From: Octopus vulgaris
Lineage: Eukaryota
Assembly: GCA_951406725.2 (NCBI GenBank)
Contig: OX597816.1
Span: 156,178,001 to 156,242,000 of the forward strand
DNA length: 64,000 nucleotides
Reading direction: 5' to 3'
How positions within the stretch are numbered: position 1 is the stretch's first letter; the number at the start of each line of letters is the position of its first letter. Shown piece by piece: positions 1-14,042 of this stretch. The notes below the pieces were generated by a model. The model made no database searches, had not been told where the DNA came from, and saw nothing but the letters and a program-made list of their open reading frames with translations. Position numbers and translations under genes: made by a program.

Positions 1-164
1 CTTAAAAGACTAAAATTATGAATTCCCGATTGCGTTTAAATCTGGCGAATTACTCAGAAAATGCATCATTACTGTTCTATTTACTTTCGTTTTCTTTTTC
101 CGGTTTGTTTATAATTTAGGGTGTTGCTAATGGATAAAAAGTTATGAAAATGCATACTTTCACA

Positions 165-200
165 CACATGCACATACACATACGCGCGCGCACACACACA

Positions 201-278
<78 letters not shown>

Positions 279-296
279 CACAATCTTCATATGCAT

Positions 297-345
<49 letters not shown>
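165..345. repeat. Compound (CA)n/(TA)n microsatellite
   Basis: Visible dinucleotide runs; they explain the overlapping HTHT/YIYI ORFs. Confidence 0.95.
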
Positions 346-348
<3 letters not shown>

Positions 349-1634
349 GTATATATCATGCATACTCCTAAACACATACAATGTACATATGCAGTCACAC
401 ACACACACACGCACACACACATACACGCATATATATACATAGAGAAATTATGGAAAATATTCCTTGCACAAACCTTGCCCTGTCAACCATTTCAAAATAT
501 GAATGTCAGTAGGTATATTTTGAAATGTTTAACTGAAGGGAATTATAATGTAAGAACTGTCTTAGGTAACTACACGTAACATGTGTTCTAAATGCATTCA
601 GAATATCCTGATATCAACATTTCTTTTTATCTCTATTCTAGTTTCAGATGACTGATTCTATACCTATCTACTGTGTCTCAATTTTAGCAGAATGGGAATA
701 TGAGAGTGGAATGTTTCAACCGAACCACAGTTGATAAATTCTTGTATGCAGTATTTTAAATATGATATACGTACGGATTATTGAAATTTGTATAGTAAAA
801 TTCCAACCACAAAAAATGCTGAAACCGCAATATTCGAACCCTTTGCAATCATTTACGATAATGTAAAATTGAGCTGCGACCATTCAATAATGCTATCATT
901 TGTAAGCTGCCTGGGCTTTGTTCTCTCATTTAATTTAACTCAAACACACACACGCGCTCGCACACACACGCACACACACATATATGTAAGTATGTATAAA
1001 TATAGTTATATACATATATATTGAATCACACACACACATATGTGTGTCTGTGTTCCTATACTTTTGTATGTGAATATATATACACGTTCTTTATCTGTAT
1101 ACATGTATTTCACACACACACACATATGAATATGTGTGTGTATGTCTATATATATGTGTGTGTGTATACGCCTATGTCTGAATAAATGTGATATACATAT
1201 ATATGTATGCGTATATGCTTAATATGTTCGCGCGCGCACGCACACACACACAAATATCTATGTATGTATGGATGTGTGCATGTATGTATGTATTCATGTG
1301 CACGCATCTGAGTTAGCATGTAAATGAAGCTTGGGATAATTAAAATTTTAATTACCTAAACTAAATCTACTCGATTTACCGATATGGAAAATTGAGTAGA
1401 AATTCTAAGATTGTATCGACAATGTTTCGAGAAAGTAATTTAATAGGGAAGTTTTTCTCAGAGAATATCTCGGGATCTTAAGTAATTTTTTCAAGTAGGA
1501 TTCATTATGGTGTTGTGGGAAAAATTGCGACTGATGCTGGTATATCTCACAAGTAACTTGAAAGCATTAAAAACACATAGTTCATGCCAGTAAACCAATA
1601 GATAAACATCATTACGCTGGTAATAAGTAACACT

Positions 1635-1760
<126 letters not shown>

Positions 1761-2282
1761 ATGTGTGTGTGTATTCGCTAGTAAAGTGGACAATCATAGT
1801 TAAGGATAAGTTGAAATTTATAGTGGTACAAAACAGCTTCTAGTTAGCATTGCAGGAGCATGACAGATATAGCAACCAAATTTTCTTTAAATCACATCAT
1901 GTCTTAAATTCCAACTAGCGCATTTTATAATGTAGTCTTGGATAATATATATCCGAGAAGCGGAATGACTGGCCCCAGTTGGAACATCTTTGCTAATAGG
2001 GCTGCTCGATCAAGACTGAGAAATGTGGAACAAAGGAAGGTTTGCCCTACAAGGGTTTCATTTCGTTGTATAATCAATAAATTTCAATTATCGTATAATA
2101 TGATTTCTAACATGACTACAAATTGACCTCCAAAAAGAAGAGATTTATTTATCTAAACTGAAAAACTGAGTTTACCGGGAGTGATTTAAACACAGATGGA
2201 CGTAAGTTAAATAATTATAAGTTATTCAATAACCAGCAGTGTACTGAGTTATTTCAAATTTACTACAATTATTGACATATAT

Positions 2283-2478
2283 TTGGCTTCAAACTTTGGC
2301 ACAAGCCAGCAATTTCAGGGTAACGTGTAAATGGATTACAGGTGCTTATTTTATCGAATCCGAACGGAATGAAAATCAAACTCAACCACAGTGGCGTTGA
2401 CTCAAAACGTAAAAACGGACGATATGTTCCTAAACACTTAGCCCGGCGTGCTAACGATTCTGCCAGCTCATTGCCTTA
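2283..2478 (-). mobile_element. tRNA-derived SINE, family A (degenerate)
   Basis: Matches the reverse complement of the 43912-44144 copy, e.g. cccggcgtgctaacgattctgccagctc. Confidence 0.8.
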
Positions 2479-3207
2479 TTTTATAACATATATATTAACG
2501 TTTTGAAAAAGCCCCAGGGAGCAATATTTTGAGGGAAAGATCAATGTATATATCAATCCCATAAATGGTACTTCATTGTATCACTCACAAATTGGAAGTT
2601 GAACTGCACATTTAAAGATACAGAAATACATACACCAATGCGTTTTGATTGCAAATCTACTAACGAAGAGCCTATAGAGATTTAATAACGATCTCTAGCA
2701 TATCGGTCGGGTTTGACTATCACCGACGATCCGTCCTGCCAAAAGGATATCCTTCACATATCTGAACTGCATCCCATGCATATCTGTTCACGACCAAATA
2801 AATATTTCAGCCTTCAACATCTGCTGTTACTCGAGAGCGTCCTGTGAGTATTGATTCGAAATTTGGTTGTTGCACTTTGACCTGAATAATATCACTTGAC
2901 AAATTGGAATTTAATCTTACTGGACATGTTCAATTCCCAGGAGAGAAAACAGCACACCAAAAGTTTTTAGATATATAAATAAGGATTTTTAACACTTGAA
3001 CGATACTGCACTTACTTTTTTGTTGTTGTTTTTGCTGGGACTGTTCAATTATATCTTGTATTTGCCTGATATATTATCCTTCGATCATAGTCGTATGAGG
3101 GACAAATACAAACCCGCAGGTTTCAAACACAGGCCTCAAAAATCCAGTTAAATACTTCAACGTATATATTTTGATTCTGTTGATTCTGCTATTATGTACA
3201 GAATATT

Positions 3208-3416
3208 GATTTCAAATTTTAGCCCAAGGCCAGCACATTTTGTGTTGGGTGGATAAAGTTACATCGTTACCAATACTTGAGTACTTATTTTATTGATCCC
3301 GAAAAGAAGAAAAACAAATTCGACCTCGACACAGTTTGATCTCAGAGCGTAAAGACGGATAAAATGCCGTTAAGCATTTTGCTGGCATGTTATCGATGCT
3401 ACCTTCTCACCGTCTT
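3208..3416 (-). mobile_element. SINE family A (degenerate)
   Basis: gtacttattttattgatccccgaaaag...ttcgacctcg...ctcagagcgtaaagacgga is shared with other family A copies. Confidence 0.75.
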
Positions 3417-4571
3417 AATGCATAGCAATAATATTAAAACAAGCAGTGAAGTGCTAATAAAAACTCTGTATCTGGGTATCTATTGTTTGTGGAAGATTTA
3501 ATACTGTGATCTTGTACAAAGCACTTTTTCAGTATTTTCGTACTGCTTATCTGGAATGGAAACAGTTCAGTAGAAATACATTGCTATTTCTTATCATAAA
3601 CAGTATATTTGAGAGCGCGCGCGTGTGTGTAGGTCTGTCAGTCAGTCTTTTTGTCTGAGAATAAAACACAAACGTAGAAAAACAGGAACTTGATACAAAG
3701 CAAAACGTGAGTACAAAACAGTTTTTCGCAATTTCTTTGTTCGTATTTCCTATTAACCTCCTTACCTACATCACAATTTGATATTAAAAGTAGAATTTAG
3801 GGCAACGAAATTAATAGAAAAGGAAAAGTATCGTATTTATTTACGTATCCTTATTTTTAGAATTCAGACCCCACCGTACTCAACTTCGGATTTCAGTCTG
3901 TCAAATACTGTGCCAATGTAATCAACAGAGCGTGTCAAATATTGATTGCTGAAAAGTAATTTGCAATCTGCAAATCTAAGGGATTTTGCTTATGTTTAAA
4001 ATCGATAATTAATATTTTGGCAGGCGAAGATAATTATATTTATCGCCTACAATAATGATTATTGATAACTTGTTATTGGTGTGTTGACAGTTTTCATATT
4101 GTGCAATATAATATCTATAGAAACTATTCGACAAACTGTATAGTCGGCTTTCTATATATATTTGGCTCTCATTTACAATAAAATTGTGCGCAGTCAAGCG
4201 TAAAAGTGGCGAGTCAGAAAGTTTAATCATTTGTTGGCATTTCATAAGCAGTTGAATGCACCAACATCAAACTTTCTCGTTCACCAAATGCCACATAGCA
4301 CAAGACATTTCAGGCAGTGAAAGCAAAACTAACAGCAGTGCCAAAGCATGATCGCAGATCCAGAGCTAAAACTAGTGATAATAAAAAAAAATGACTTCAA
4401 TATTTAGCTGTTCACAGAAACATTCCTTATTAATCCATTATTACAACACAGTTAACGCAACTCGTTTTAATAAAATGTTTGCTGGGTTTTGGTTCAATGC
4501 TACATAGTATTATATCATATTATAGACTGCCCAGTCAAAACAATATAGAAATATATATGTGTATATATATA

Positions 4572-4613
<42 letters not shown>

Positions 4614-4637
4614 CGTGTGTGTGTGTCTGTGTGTGTA

Positions 4638-4835
4638 TTAGGTTGATGCATAATTATTGCGGCTCTTTTCAATAACTTTCATTCAACAAAAACAATAACA
4701 ACACTTAACAAAAACATCTTTAAATGATTATTCCAGAGCATATTCGCCATCTACTTCAATTTCTGCTTGGCGTTTTATTTAAATTTTTTGTTGAATAAAA
4801 TTTATTTAAAAACAAGCCACAATAATTATGCACCA

Positions 4836-4841
<6 letters not shown>
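4638..4841 (-). mobile_element. Mariner-derived MITE (internal deletion derivative)
   Basis: TA then TIR ttaggttgatgcataattattgcggct; right TIR agccacaataattatgcaccaacctca. The TIR resembles Hsmar1/MADE-type ends. The minus strand retains IEVDGEYALE*, like a mariner transposase C-terminus. Confidence 0.8.
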
Positions 4842-4902
<61 letters not shown>

Positions 4903-4904
<2 letters not shown>

Positions 4905-5047
4905 CGGGAGAGTTTACGAAAAAAACAAAAGATGTGTGTAGTGGCTAACGATCTATCATATATATATACGGAGAATTTACAAAAAGAAACCAAAAAAAAA
5001 ACAAAAGGCGAAGACAGGTATTGTAGACAACAAAGAGATGTGTTAGT
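4903..5047 (-). mobile_element. PLE terminal (pseudo-LTR) fragments in (TA)n
   Basis: Reverse-complement match to 13830-14020 (gtgtgtagtggctaacgatctatcat; gaagacagg...gtagacaacaaagagatgtgttag). Confidence 0.65.
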
Positions 5048-5130
5048 CTTTTGCCGAATCGCTAAGTTACGGGGACGCAAACTCACCAACATCGGTTTTC
5101 AAGTGATGAGCGTGGGGCAAACACAGGCAT
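5046..5130 (-). mobile_element. SINE family B internal fragment
   Basis: cttttgccgaatcgctaagttacggggacgcaaac matches the reverse complement of ~39225-39300. Confidence 0.7.
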
Positions 5131-5169
5131 ACACACACATACATATATAATATATATGGTTATATATAC

Positions 5170-5265
<96 letters not shown>
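5170..5265. repeat. (ATCT)n microsatellite
   Basis: Perfect tetranucleotide array. Confidence 0.95.
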
Positions 5266-5267
<2 letters not shown>

Positions 5268-8085
5268 ATATATATATATATATATTTACATAAATATATT
5301 TACATAAATATATATATATATATGTGTGTGTGTATGTGTGTGTGTGAGTGTGTGTGTGTGTGTATGTATATATATATAAACAACTCTGCATAACCATATG
5401 TTTCGTATTTATCTGAAAAGTTGTTTCCAAGGTTTCACAACCGATGTATCCTAACATACATATGCACACACCTACACATATAACCAACTACACACATATA
5501 TTTACACAATTGATTAAGATAAATATTAATTTTGGGGAATTTTGTTTTGCATGCAATCTCCCTATAAGAGACAGACATGACAGCATTTGTAATATGCACG
5601 CTAAGAAATACCAAAGAATGGCATGCTGCTTGTAGCAACCCCAGTGGCAGTGCTCCATTGTATTTCAAGATTAACAAATTTTACCGCATTCCCAGTTTCA
5701 TGCCATCAGTATGCGTACTTCGTGTCATGCTTTCAGCCTTTGGTTAAATGAATGGGAAGTGGCTGGATAACACAAGGAATTATGGTTGATTGTGTTTTGC
5801 ATGTTTTGTGCAGTATTTTGTATCATATTGCTTCAAGGTATATTAGGAATGAATATTAGAATATCAATAAGAATGGATTCCCTAAATTACTTTTTCGCTT
5901 CAGTGTTGGAATCATACTCACAGCTTATAGTAATGAGTGTATTACAAAATGTTTTTAAAATTTTAGTGATATTAATGTTTCTTTGTACTTCCATTCGCCT
6001 TTGAAAATATTGCATTAAGAAACATTCCTACAATTCTAGATATATCTTGTAAACATATTCAGTGTTCCTCACTTAGGCACACTGGATTTTAAAACAGCTA
6101 GAAATAGCGCTGAACTACACAAAAAGAAGTAAGTATTATTTATTTGTTGTCACAAGAGGCACTGTCTTCTGAACAATTACAGTCTGTCCAATTCCACAGA
6201 ATAAGACGACATGCTGTGAGCGGTACGTTGTAGCTAGCATCGGACTAAATAAGTTATAAATAGTTCTCCTTAAATCACAGTCGTCTGTCAGCAGCAGCAG
6301 CAGCAGCAGCAGAGACAGAGATGTAATTACCCAGATTTGCAGTTTTAACTATCACCTAATTGGCCGAATCCAATACAGCTCCTTGTCGTACTTCATTTCA
6401 CAAAGAATTGTCTGTAAGACTGCGCGCGCATCAACGTCTGAGTGACAAGACTGCGAACCAGCAACAAATTCTTAGAAATTTAAACGATGCATTATTCTGT
6501 GAGAGGACGTTTTGTTGCCTTTCTAAACATATAAAGCTATTTATTTGCAGACGTACATACACATATACACACACATATATATATATATATATAGACATGA
6601 ATACATATATACATACACACATACATATATACATGTGCACTCACACACACAAACACACACGCACACACACACATATATATATATATACGTATATGTTGTG
6701 TCTGTTTCTCTCCATATATATATACATGCACAAACACAACTTTACACACACACGCATACGCACACAAAAATATATACAGAGAATGAGAACGAGAAGTAGG
6801 GAGAGAGTGAGATAGAGAAAGAGAGAGAGAGGGGGGTCTATGTGTCCATGGAAGTGTGTATAGAAGCGTGAGTGCCTAGTTACCTATTTTCTTGAATTCG
6901 ATTTCATACGATAACTTTTTCTGAACGGTAAGAAGCTTACAAATAAATTAAGCTGTTAATATATCACAGTATAATTGTGTTTATTGTGTGTACTTCTTAA
7001 TGAAAAGAATGATACAAACATAGCTACATACATACATACGTACATACACACAGAGACAAACACATGACTATATATATTCAATAGATTCACTACAAGTGTT
7101 AGATATATGAAGACTTTGTAACAATAGCTAATAAGTAATACGTTGTTGAAAGGTAACTTGCTAAAGAAAGAATCTTTAAGATATATTCCTATAGAAATAG
7201 TTACATTGTGAAATAGGTACAAAATAATGATAAAACTGATTTTCAACAAATAGGAAAGAAAAAATAGAATCATTTTCTGACAAATGGAGAGAAGCAGAAT
7301 TAGATTTGCCAAGCTAAAAAAAATTCGATGCTAAACCATACATTGATAAATACAAATATTGCGTTTTCGGTTTTGGCTTGACAGTTTCAAACAAGTCTTT
7401 TTTTATTTAAGTCAGTATATTCCAACTAGGGTAAATATAAAATGTTAAAACATTAGGCATCTATATTTTAGTTCCTTCATGGAGAGCTTATACTATATTT
7501 AACTGGTCATTAAAGGAGTTAGCAAGCCTTGAAAGGAAAGAATAAAAAGAATGAATTTAGAATACAACACTCGGCATCTGAAAGAGAAAGATTATATATA
7601 CAACATATACTGCGGGCTAGTATTGTCAGGAAAGTAGAAAAGTATTATAAAGGTTCTCTTGAGAACTAAGAATATACAGGATATAGAACCAAGTGAATAT
7701 TAATACAAACAGCTACAAAACAAGACTAAAACAGAACACAGTATTCAAGAAAGCCAAGAAATACAAAACGCAACCTTTAATGACAGATATTTATATCGCG
7801 ATAGGAACACCCTCACACAAATTAGGAAAAAGCTAAACCTTTGCCCAAAAGGGAACAACAAAATCAAAGCTGCGACTAAAGGATATTTGGAGATAGAGGA
7901 TCGAATCTTTCCATTTACAAGCCACCAAAAACACGTAAAAATACAATGTATTACAGGTTTGCAAAATACGAGAAAATAGGAAAGAAACAAGCACATACAC
8001 CGGCTGCCCAGTCTTCCCCTCTCTTTTTATGCACATACATATGAATACACACACGCACACAAACACACACATACACACACACATA

Positions 8086-8325
8086 GATAGATAAAGATAG
8101 ATATTGCCGGTATGGGGTTCTCCTGGGTTTCACGTGCATAAAGCGCTTAGTTTATTGAGTTTCTTCAGACCTTAAACCCGTTGGCGTATGGCTTCTCTAG
8201 CAAGTCTTGAGAAGCCATAGGCCAACAGGTTTAGGGTCTGAAGAAACACTGTAAAAGGTAAGCACTTTATGGACGTGAAACCTAGTGAAAACCCCACAGA
8301 CCGGACATATCTGTCTTTATATACA
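8086..8325. mobile_element. Foldback (palindromic) MITE-like element
   Basis: Imperfect inverted arms of ~115 bp centred near 8203: tttcttcagaccttaaacccgttggcgtatggcttctc / gagaagccataggccaacaggtttagggtctgaagaaa. Confidence 0.75.
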
Positions 8326-8666
8326 CCACTGCTCTATAACTTAGAGTGTACTTCTGTTTCCTTTTCCGGATTTATGATTCACTGACGATGCACACACCCC
8401 ACACATGTATATATACATATTCATTCTTAGTTATATATAGTGGTAAATCAGGATAGATGCTATAAAAGGGTTGGAGTCGATCACATTAAGTTATCCTATT
8501 TCATAGACCTTCATGTAGAGAAGGCAAATTGTAACTGGCAGAATTAGCATATCATATACAGATATAAAACTAAGTCGTGACATTCGAATTAAATGCTGAA
8601 CTACTGACTCTATCAAACACTTCTGATGAAAATAGCAATAACGACAATTATAATAAATAATAAGAA

Positions 8667-8892
8667 TAATCCTTTCTGCTAAAGGCACAAGGCCTGACAT
8701 TTTGTGGGAGGGGGCTAGTTGATAATATCGACCCCAGTGTTTCACTGGCACTTAATCTATCGACCTCGAAACGATTAAAGGTAAAGCCGAGCTCGGTGAA
8801 ATTTGAACTCAAAACGTTTCGTCCAGCATGCTATCGATTTTGGTCAAAACATTTCATCCAGCGTGCTAAGGATTCTGCCAGCTCGACGCCTT
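8667..8892 (-). mobile_element. SINE family A (variant tail)
   Basis: atcgaccccagtg...gattctgccagctcgacgcctt, the reverse of the family A head and core. Confidence 0.8.
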
Positions 8893-8901
8893 AGAAATAA
8901 T

Positions 8902-9391
8902 CTCTCGTGGCTTCTGATCTTAATTGATTGGAAATGTTATCATGTACATTGTTTTGTCTTGGTATAAAAGATAGGCTACAGCAAATATTCTGCTCAATAC
9001 GAGCATGTCCCTTAGTGGCTGACGATATGTGCATCTCCGATCACAAGCAGAAGTAATGAGGGAGCATCATAGCCATGTGTTGAGAGGGATTCTTTGGGTT
9101 TGAATAATTCACCTCTGGAAACATGGGTGTTTCATTCAACATCCTTAAACAATCCTTATTCAGGGACCTTTTGAGTTGGATGGGTTACTCGACCAGAAGA
9201 AAATTCTAACTGGGCTCCACCTGCAAGGTCATGTGCTGTTTATCTTGATATGAGATCACTATGTCGCGCACATATGGTTGTGATGCACGTGCCTAGTATA
9301 TCCTTATCAGACAGGTAGTCATGATGGGTATACTGGGCTTCGTATATTTTACCCTAGTGTCACTTTGATGGCATGCACTGCTCTCTCACTC
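8902..9391. mobile_element. ~555-bp (AAT)n-associated repeat, family C, copy 1
   Basis: Closely matches 20945-21430 and the reverse complement of 21486-22040. Has an internal deletion of ~38 bp at 9000/9001 and is followed by (AAT)n. Confidence 0.9.
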
Positions 9392-9435
<44 letters not shown>

Positions 9436-9460
9436 TAATAATGATAATAATAACAATAAT

Positions 9461-9890
9461 AATCCTTTCTACTGAATGCACAAGGCTTGAAATTTGGGGG
9501 AAGGGGATAGTCGATTATATCGACTCCACTTTTCAACTGGTCCTTAACTTATCGACCCCGAAAAGATCTAAGGCCAAGTCGTCCTCGGCAGGGTTTGACC
9601 TCAGAACATAAGGGCGGACGAAATACTTTAAAGTGTTTTGCCCGGCCTGCTAACGATTTTACCAGCTCGGTTTCAAATTCTAGTACAAGGCCAGTAATTT
9701 CAGGGAAATGGGGAAAACGGATTGCATTGACGTTAGAGTTCGATTTCTACTTATTTTAGCAACGCCCCGCCCCGAGAGGATGAAAGGCGAACTCGATCTC
9801 GGCGAGGCTTGAACTCGGAACACAAAGACGGACAAAATGCTGTTAAGTATTTTGTCCGGTCATCTTACGATTCTATTTGCTAATCGCCCA
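9461..9890 (-). mobile_element. Two tandem family A SINE copies
   Basis: Two successive units (~9461-9670 and ~9670-9890), each with the family A core and head. Confidence 0.75.
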
Positions 9891-9891
9891 A

Positions 9892-10021
9892 ATAATAATG
9901 GTAATAACAATAATGATGAAGATGATGATGATGATGATGATCATGATCATGATCATGATGATCATGATGATGATCATGATGCTAATTATGATCATGATAA
10001 TGATGATGATGATGGTGGTGG

Positions 10022-10085
<64 letters not shown>

Positions 10086-10088
10086 GGT
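9892..10088. repeat. Compound (GAT)n/(GATCAT)n/(GGT)n microsatellite
   Basis: Visible; it produces the poly-D, poly-M and poly-I pseudo-ORFs. Confidence 0.95.
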
Positions 10089-13000
10089 TCCATTAAGGGG
10101 CGTTTTCATCGTGTTTGTCTCGAAATTAGTGCCTAGCATCCCTAATATCAATTTGAATAATTATGATGCATTCCAGATTTAGCACGAAACCAGTAAAATG
10201 AGAAACACAAAAAAACGAAAAAAAAAACCAAAAAAAAAACAATGAAAATTGCTGCAGCGATGTATAATCGATTGAAACGAGTCCTCTTTAGAAATTTATT
10301 TTTTATTTTTTAATTTCACTTTAAGGATATTTTCAGCAATTATAAAAGTAGTCTTTCTCGAGAAGTAAGGCCCTGCATTCGGTAGAATTAATCATATGGC
10401 AAGTAGATTAAGAATAGTTAACTGGCCATATGGTTTCTGTAACTTCCATTTTTTTTTCTTTTTAGAAATAAATGACCAAAGATGCTCAAAAGGCATAACG
10501 CAGCATCTGCAGTGAAGTGCAGTCACCAATCGATAATCTATTGTGTGTTGCCCAAGGAAATTTCGAAGATTCGACAGAGTGGTATAATATATCAAGACAA
10601 ATCTATTCATTAGGCTTATAATCTAATCAGAAATAGGAAATATCTGAAAATATTTGGCAACCGTTTCTGGATGTAGTTTACATAGTGTGTGTTTATTTTC
10701 ATCTATTAGTCATGATCAATACAATGCCCATAAACAACTATAGGGTCTCCGAAACGGGTAGCAGACTGGAAGGAAAATATTCCCAAACCAGAAACCCAAC
10801 ATGAGTGCGTAAAACAAAATGGACTCCTCTGAAGGCTTTCAAAGAATCAGGTGATGGCGTCAAGTCAACAATAATAGAACTAACGTTACAAGTTTTCTAG
10901 TAGACTTCCGTATTTTCAGAATTGAGAACTAGCAGGGTTGTTATTCTGAGATGTTTTTCCAATCGATAAAGCTGCAAAAAAATTTCGCAATAGAAACATT
11001 TAGATGTTACTATTTCCTTTTAATTTTCAGTATTTTGTTGTTCTTTAAGTATGAGGGTTATTTATACACTCACTTTCTCATGGTTTAAACAACACTGGAA
11101 TCGATATTAGTAGCACATAGGAATTACACAAATAAGTCATAATTCATACAAAACTCTTCATATTGGACATCGCAGATAAGATACGGAGATGTCGACATCA
11201 AATAACGAAGTTGTAAATATCTCTAGAAACGAAATAGTCTTGACGGGAGTGGTTTTGATTGTAGTTCTGCTTCATCAGTGTTGTTCTAGGGATAAACAAA
11301 AACTAGTAAGTTATAATTAGTCTTAAAGATGTTATTTTGCGTGTTGGAAGCTGTCTGTCTCTATGGACTCTTGAAACCGACCAGTATGCATTGAAAATGG
11401 AGAAGTTATAACACTTCGATTATGTTTGATTATGTTCGTTAACAGACATACAACCAGTTTATACATTTTAGACTGCAAGAATGAATGTTTACAAAATAAT
11501 TCTGATTCTGCTATTAATGCCGCTCTATGTCCATTGTCAACATATTTAGCGTTTGAGAGACTTCTTTTATATGCAACTAACATTGCCAGAAAAATCTCGC
11601 TGTTGTAAAGACTGGAAGAGATGTTTCCTTTTCGGAGCTATGCACCACTTGATGTTATAACAAAAATACGCCGAATTTTATTAATGGATCCAAGTTTAAT
11701 TCAGACGACGAGAAATTTGTTGGCTACACTTAAACGTCCACATCACTGAAGGCAAGGAATTTATTTGTCCAGAAGAGCATTGGAAGTCGATACCAATTTC
11801 TTGAGGTATAGCATAGATACCATTTTAACTGTACTGGTACATTTTCAATATTTCTAGAAGATCTATAAACACATCTGCCCTTCTTAAAGGTCGTGTACTT
11901 AATCTTGGAATCTAATAAAATCTCGAATAAAGTGTCGAAATGAAACAACTTCAGCGGAATGAACATCTCCGTAATAATTAGTTGTCCAGTACTTTAAACA
12001 CCTCACATTTTAGCAGCTATTCTTCAATAATATCCGTCTTGTATTGAAAGCAAACTGAATGATATGGCTAAAGGAACGTGTCAAGCTATTTACGAAATAA
12101 TAATCTTCACGTGAAATAGTAAATTCGACCATTTCTAATCAGGAGGTGAGATAAATTTGTAAGGAAACATTGAAGCAAATGATGGAAATTCATAGGTGGT
12201 GTGATAACAATGATGAAGTGGAAGAAGTGAATAGAAAGATTTCGATTAAGGTAACTTTTGAAACGGTAATCGGCGCAATTGTAAAGACAAATTCCTGATG
12301 CTGCATGTGAATAAAGTTGAACAAGTTCTTACTCGTTGAATTATCGGAATTTATGAAACAATCTATTGAAAACAGAAAATAATTTCCTGAAAAATATGAG
12401 AAATATTTCTAAACAGATAAATTCTGGGAGTTTTAACTTATTGTATTCACTTAATGATAACAACAATAAGAACAACAACAACAATAAAAGATGTTGTTGT
12501 TGATGATGATGATGATTAAGAAGACAATCAAGATTAAATTTTACATTTATTAACCGGTGTGGCCCATAGATTCAGAACAATAACCTTAAGATCTACAAAT
12601 GATGTGAGAGAACACGTAGTACTAATATTAAATGCTGGATGTGGCAAATTCGTTCTATAATATATGAAGCTTTTAAAATATGTAATTAAAAAGAGGTACA
12701 TTACTCAAGCTCAGTAAATATATCCATTTACAATAAGTGACTGTGCCTTATCGATATTTTGTTCCAATGCTTTAATGTACAATACAACATTCTAAAAAAT
12801 TTTCTGACAATACTATTTGCATAGCCAGATGTAAACTGTTTAGAGACATACATACACTCACACCTACACTATAAATTTGAAAACAGAAGAGATCAACAGG
12901 ACTAGTTACAGTCATCGATTGAGATATCAACGGTGCCTGGATACCTAATTTAAAAAGTCACAGCCATAATACTTATAAGCCCAATATAAGCTAATTGCTT

Positions 13001-13661
13001 CAGTTAGGTGGACAGAGTAGCTTGCTTCTAAAACAATCGAGAGTTATTTTTATTGGTAAATTCATGTCTGTTAAGGGTATGCTGTGATATTGCGTCTTGT
13101 AATTCACAGAATATTTCAACTTACTTTCTGGCCGGATTCTAATTCATTATAAATGAATATATATATAGTTTACTCCTCCGTTAAAATTAGGATCAACAAA
13201 AGTTACTCGATCCAGTGTCATATAAATAGTATTTAATATACACAATTTTAAATAGAGTTAAAACACTGGAGTGAACATTTCTCAAAACAAAAAGTAAATA
13301 TTGTATTAAAGTCTAAATAAAACTAACAACCGCGTCAAGTAAGAGATCTGCAGACCAACAATCTAACTACATTCATTAGTGAACCCAATGACCTGAAGCT
13401 GATACACCCAAACATGCACACCTAATTAAAAGTTCTGCATGCATGAATAAATGCTAACAATTTGTAGTTCCCCAAATTTAATCAATAAAATGTCACCATA
13501 CAATCTTCCAACCACAACCTAGCATATAGTCTAATTATCATTTAACAAAGCTCGAGTTACAATAGAATATTTTAACTTAACAGAGACTATATAAAACCGA
13601 CTTGAATTAAATGCACGATGGTTTAGCAGACAGAAACATCGAAGTCACTATCAATACTATT

Positions 13662-13700
<39 letters not shown>

Positions 13701-13829
13701 AGTTATAAAAATATATTTACAGCTAAGGGCTACTGAAAATGATCATCGCCAATTATATATATATATATATATGTATGTTTATGTATATATTAACATACAC
13801 ACTCACACATACATATGTATATTTATATC

Positions 13830-14020
13830 ATTCGCCATGATAGATCGCTAGCCACTACACACACTTTTTCTCTCCTTGTTTCTTTCTGTGTTCCTCTCTG
13901 TGGAAGAGCGTAGGCTCGAAACGTTAAAGACTATTTCAATTCCCGAGCGTTATACTAATACATCTGTTTATTTTCTACACCACCTGTCTTCGTCTTGTTT
14001 TTTTTTTGTGAATTCTCAGT
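13830..14020 (+). mobile_element. PLE terminal repeat carrying a hammerhead-like motif
   Basis: Lies among TA tracts, is repeated at 4903-5047, and contains CTGTGGA-a-gagc-gtag-gctc-GAAA-cg-tta. Confidence 0.65.
13893..13930 (+). ncRNA. Minimal type I hammerhead ribozyme-like motif (variant core)
   Basis: Core CUGUGGA (A6>U relative to CUGANGA), stem II GAGC/GCUC, GAAA, palindromic AACGUU stem III. Confidence 0.5.
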
Positions 14021-14042
14021 ATATATATATATTTATACATAT

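Noticed and set aside
9837-10136. Asp/His-rich ORF resembling a biomineralisation protein
   Set aside because: It starts within a SINE and consists of a (GAT)n microsatellite, with no supporting gene structure.
10705-10770. Possible hammerhead (ccgaaacgggta)
   Set aside because: There is no CUGANGA box and the stems are unconvincing.
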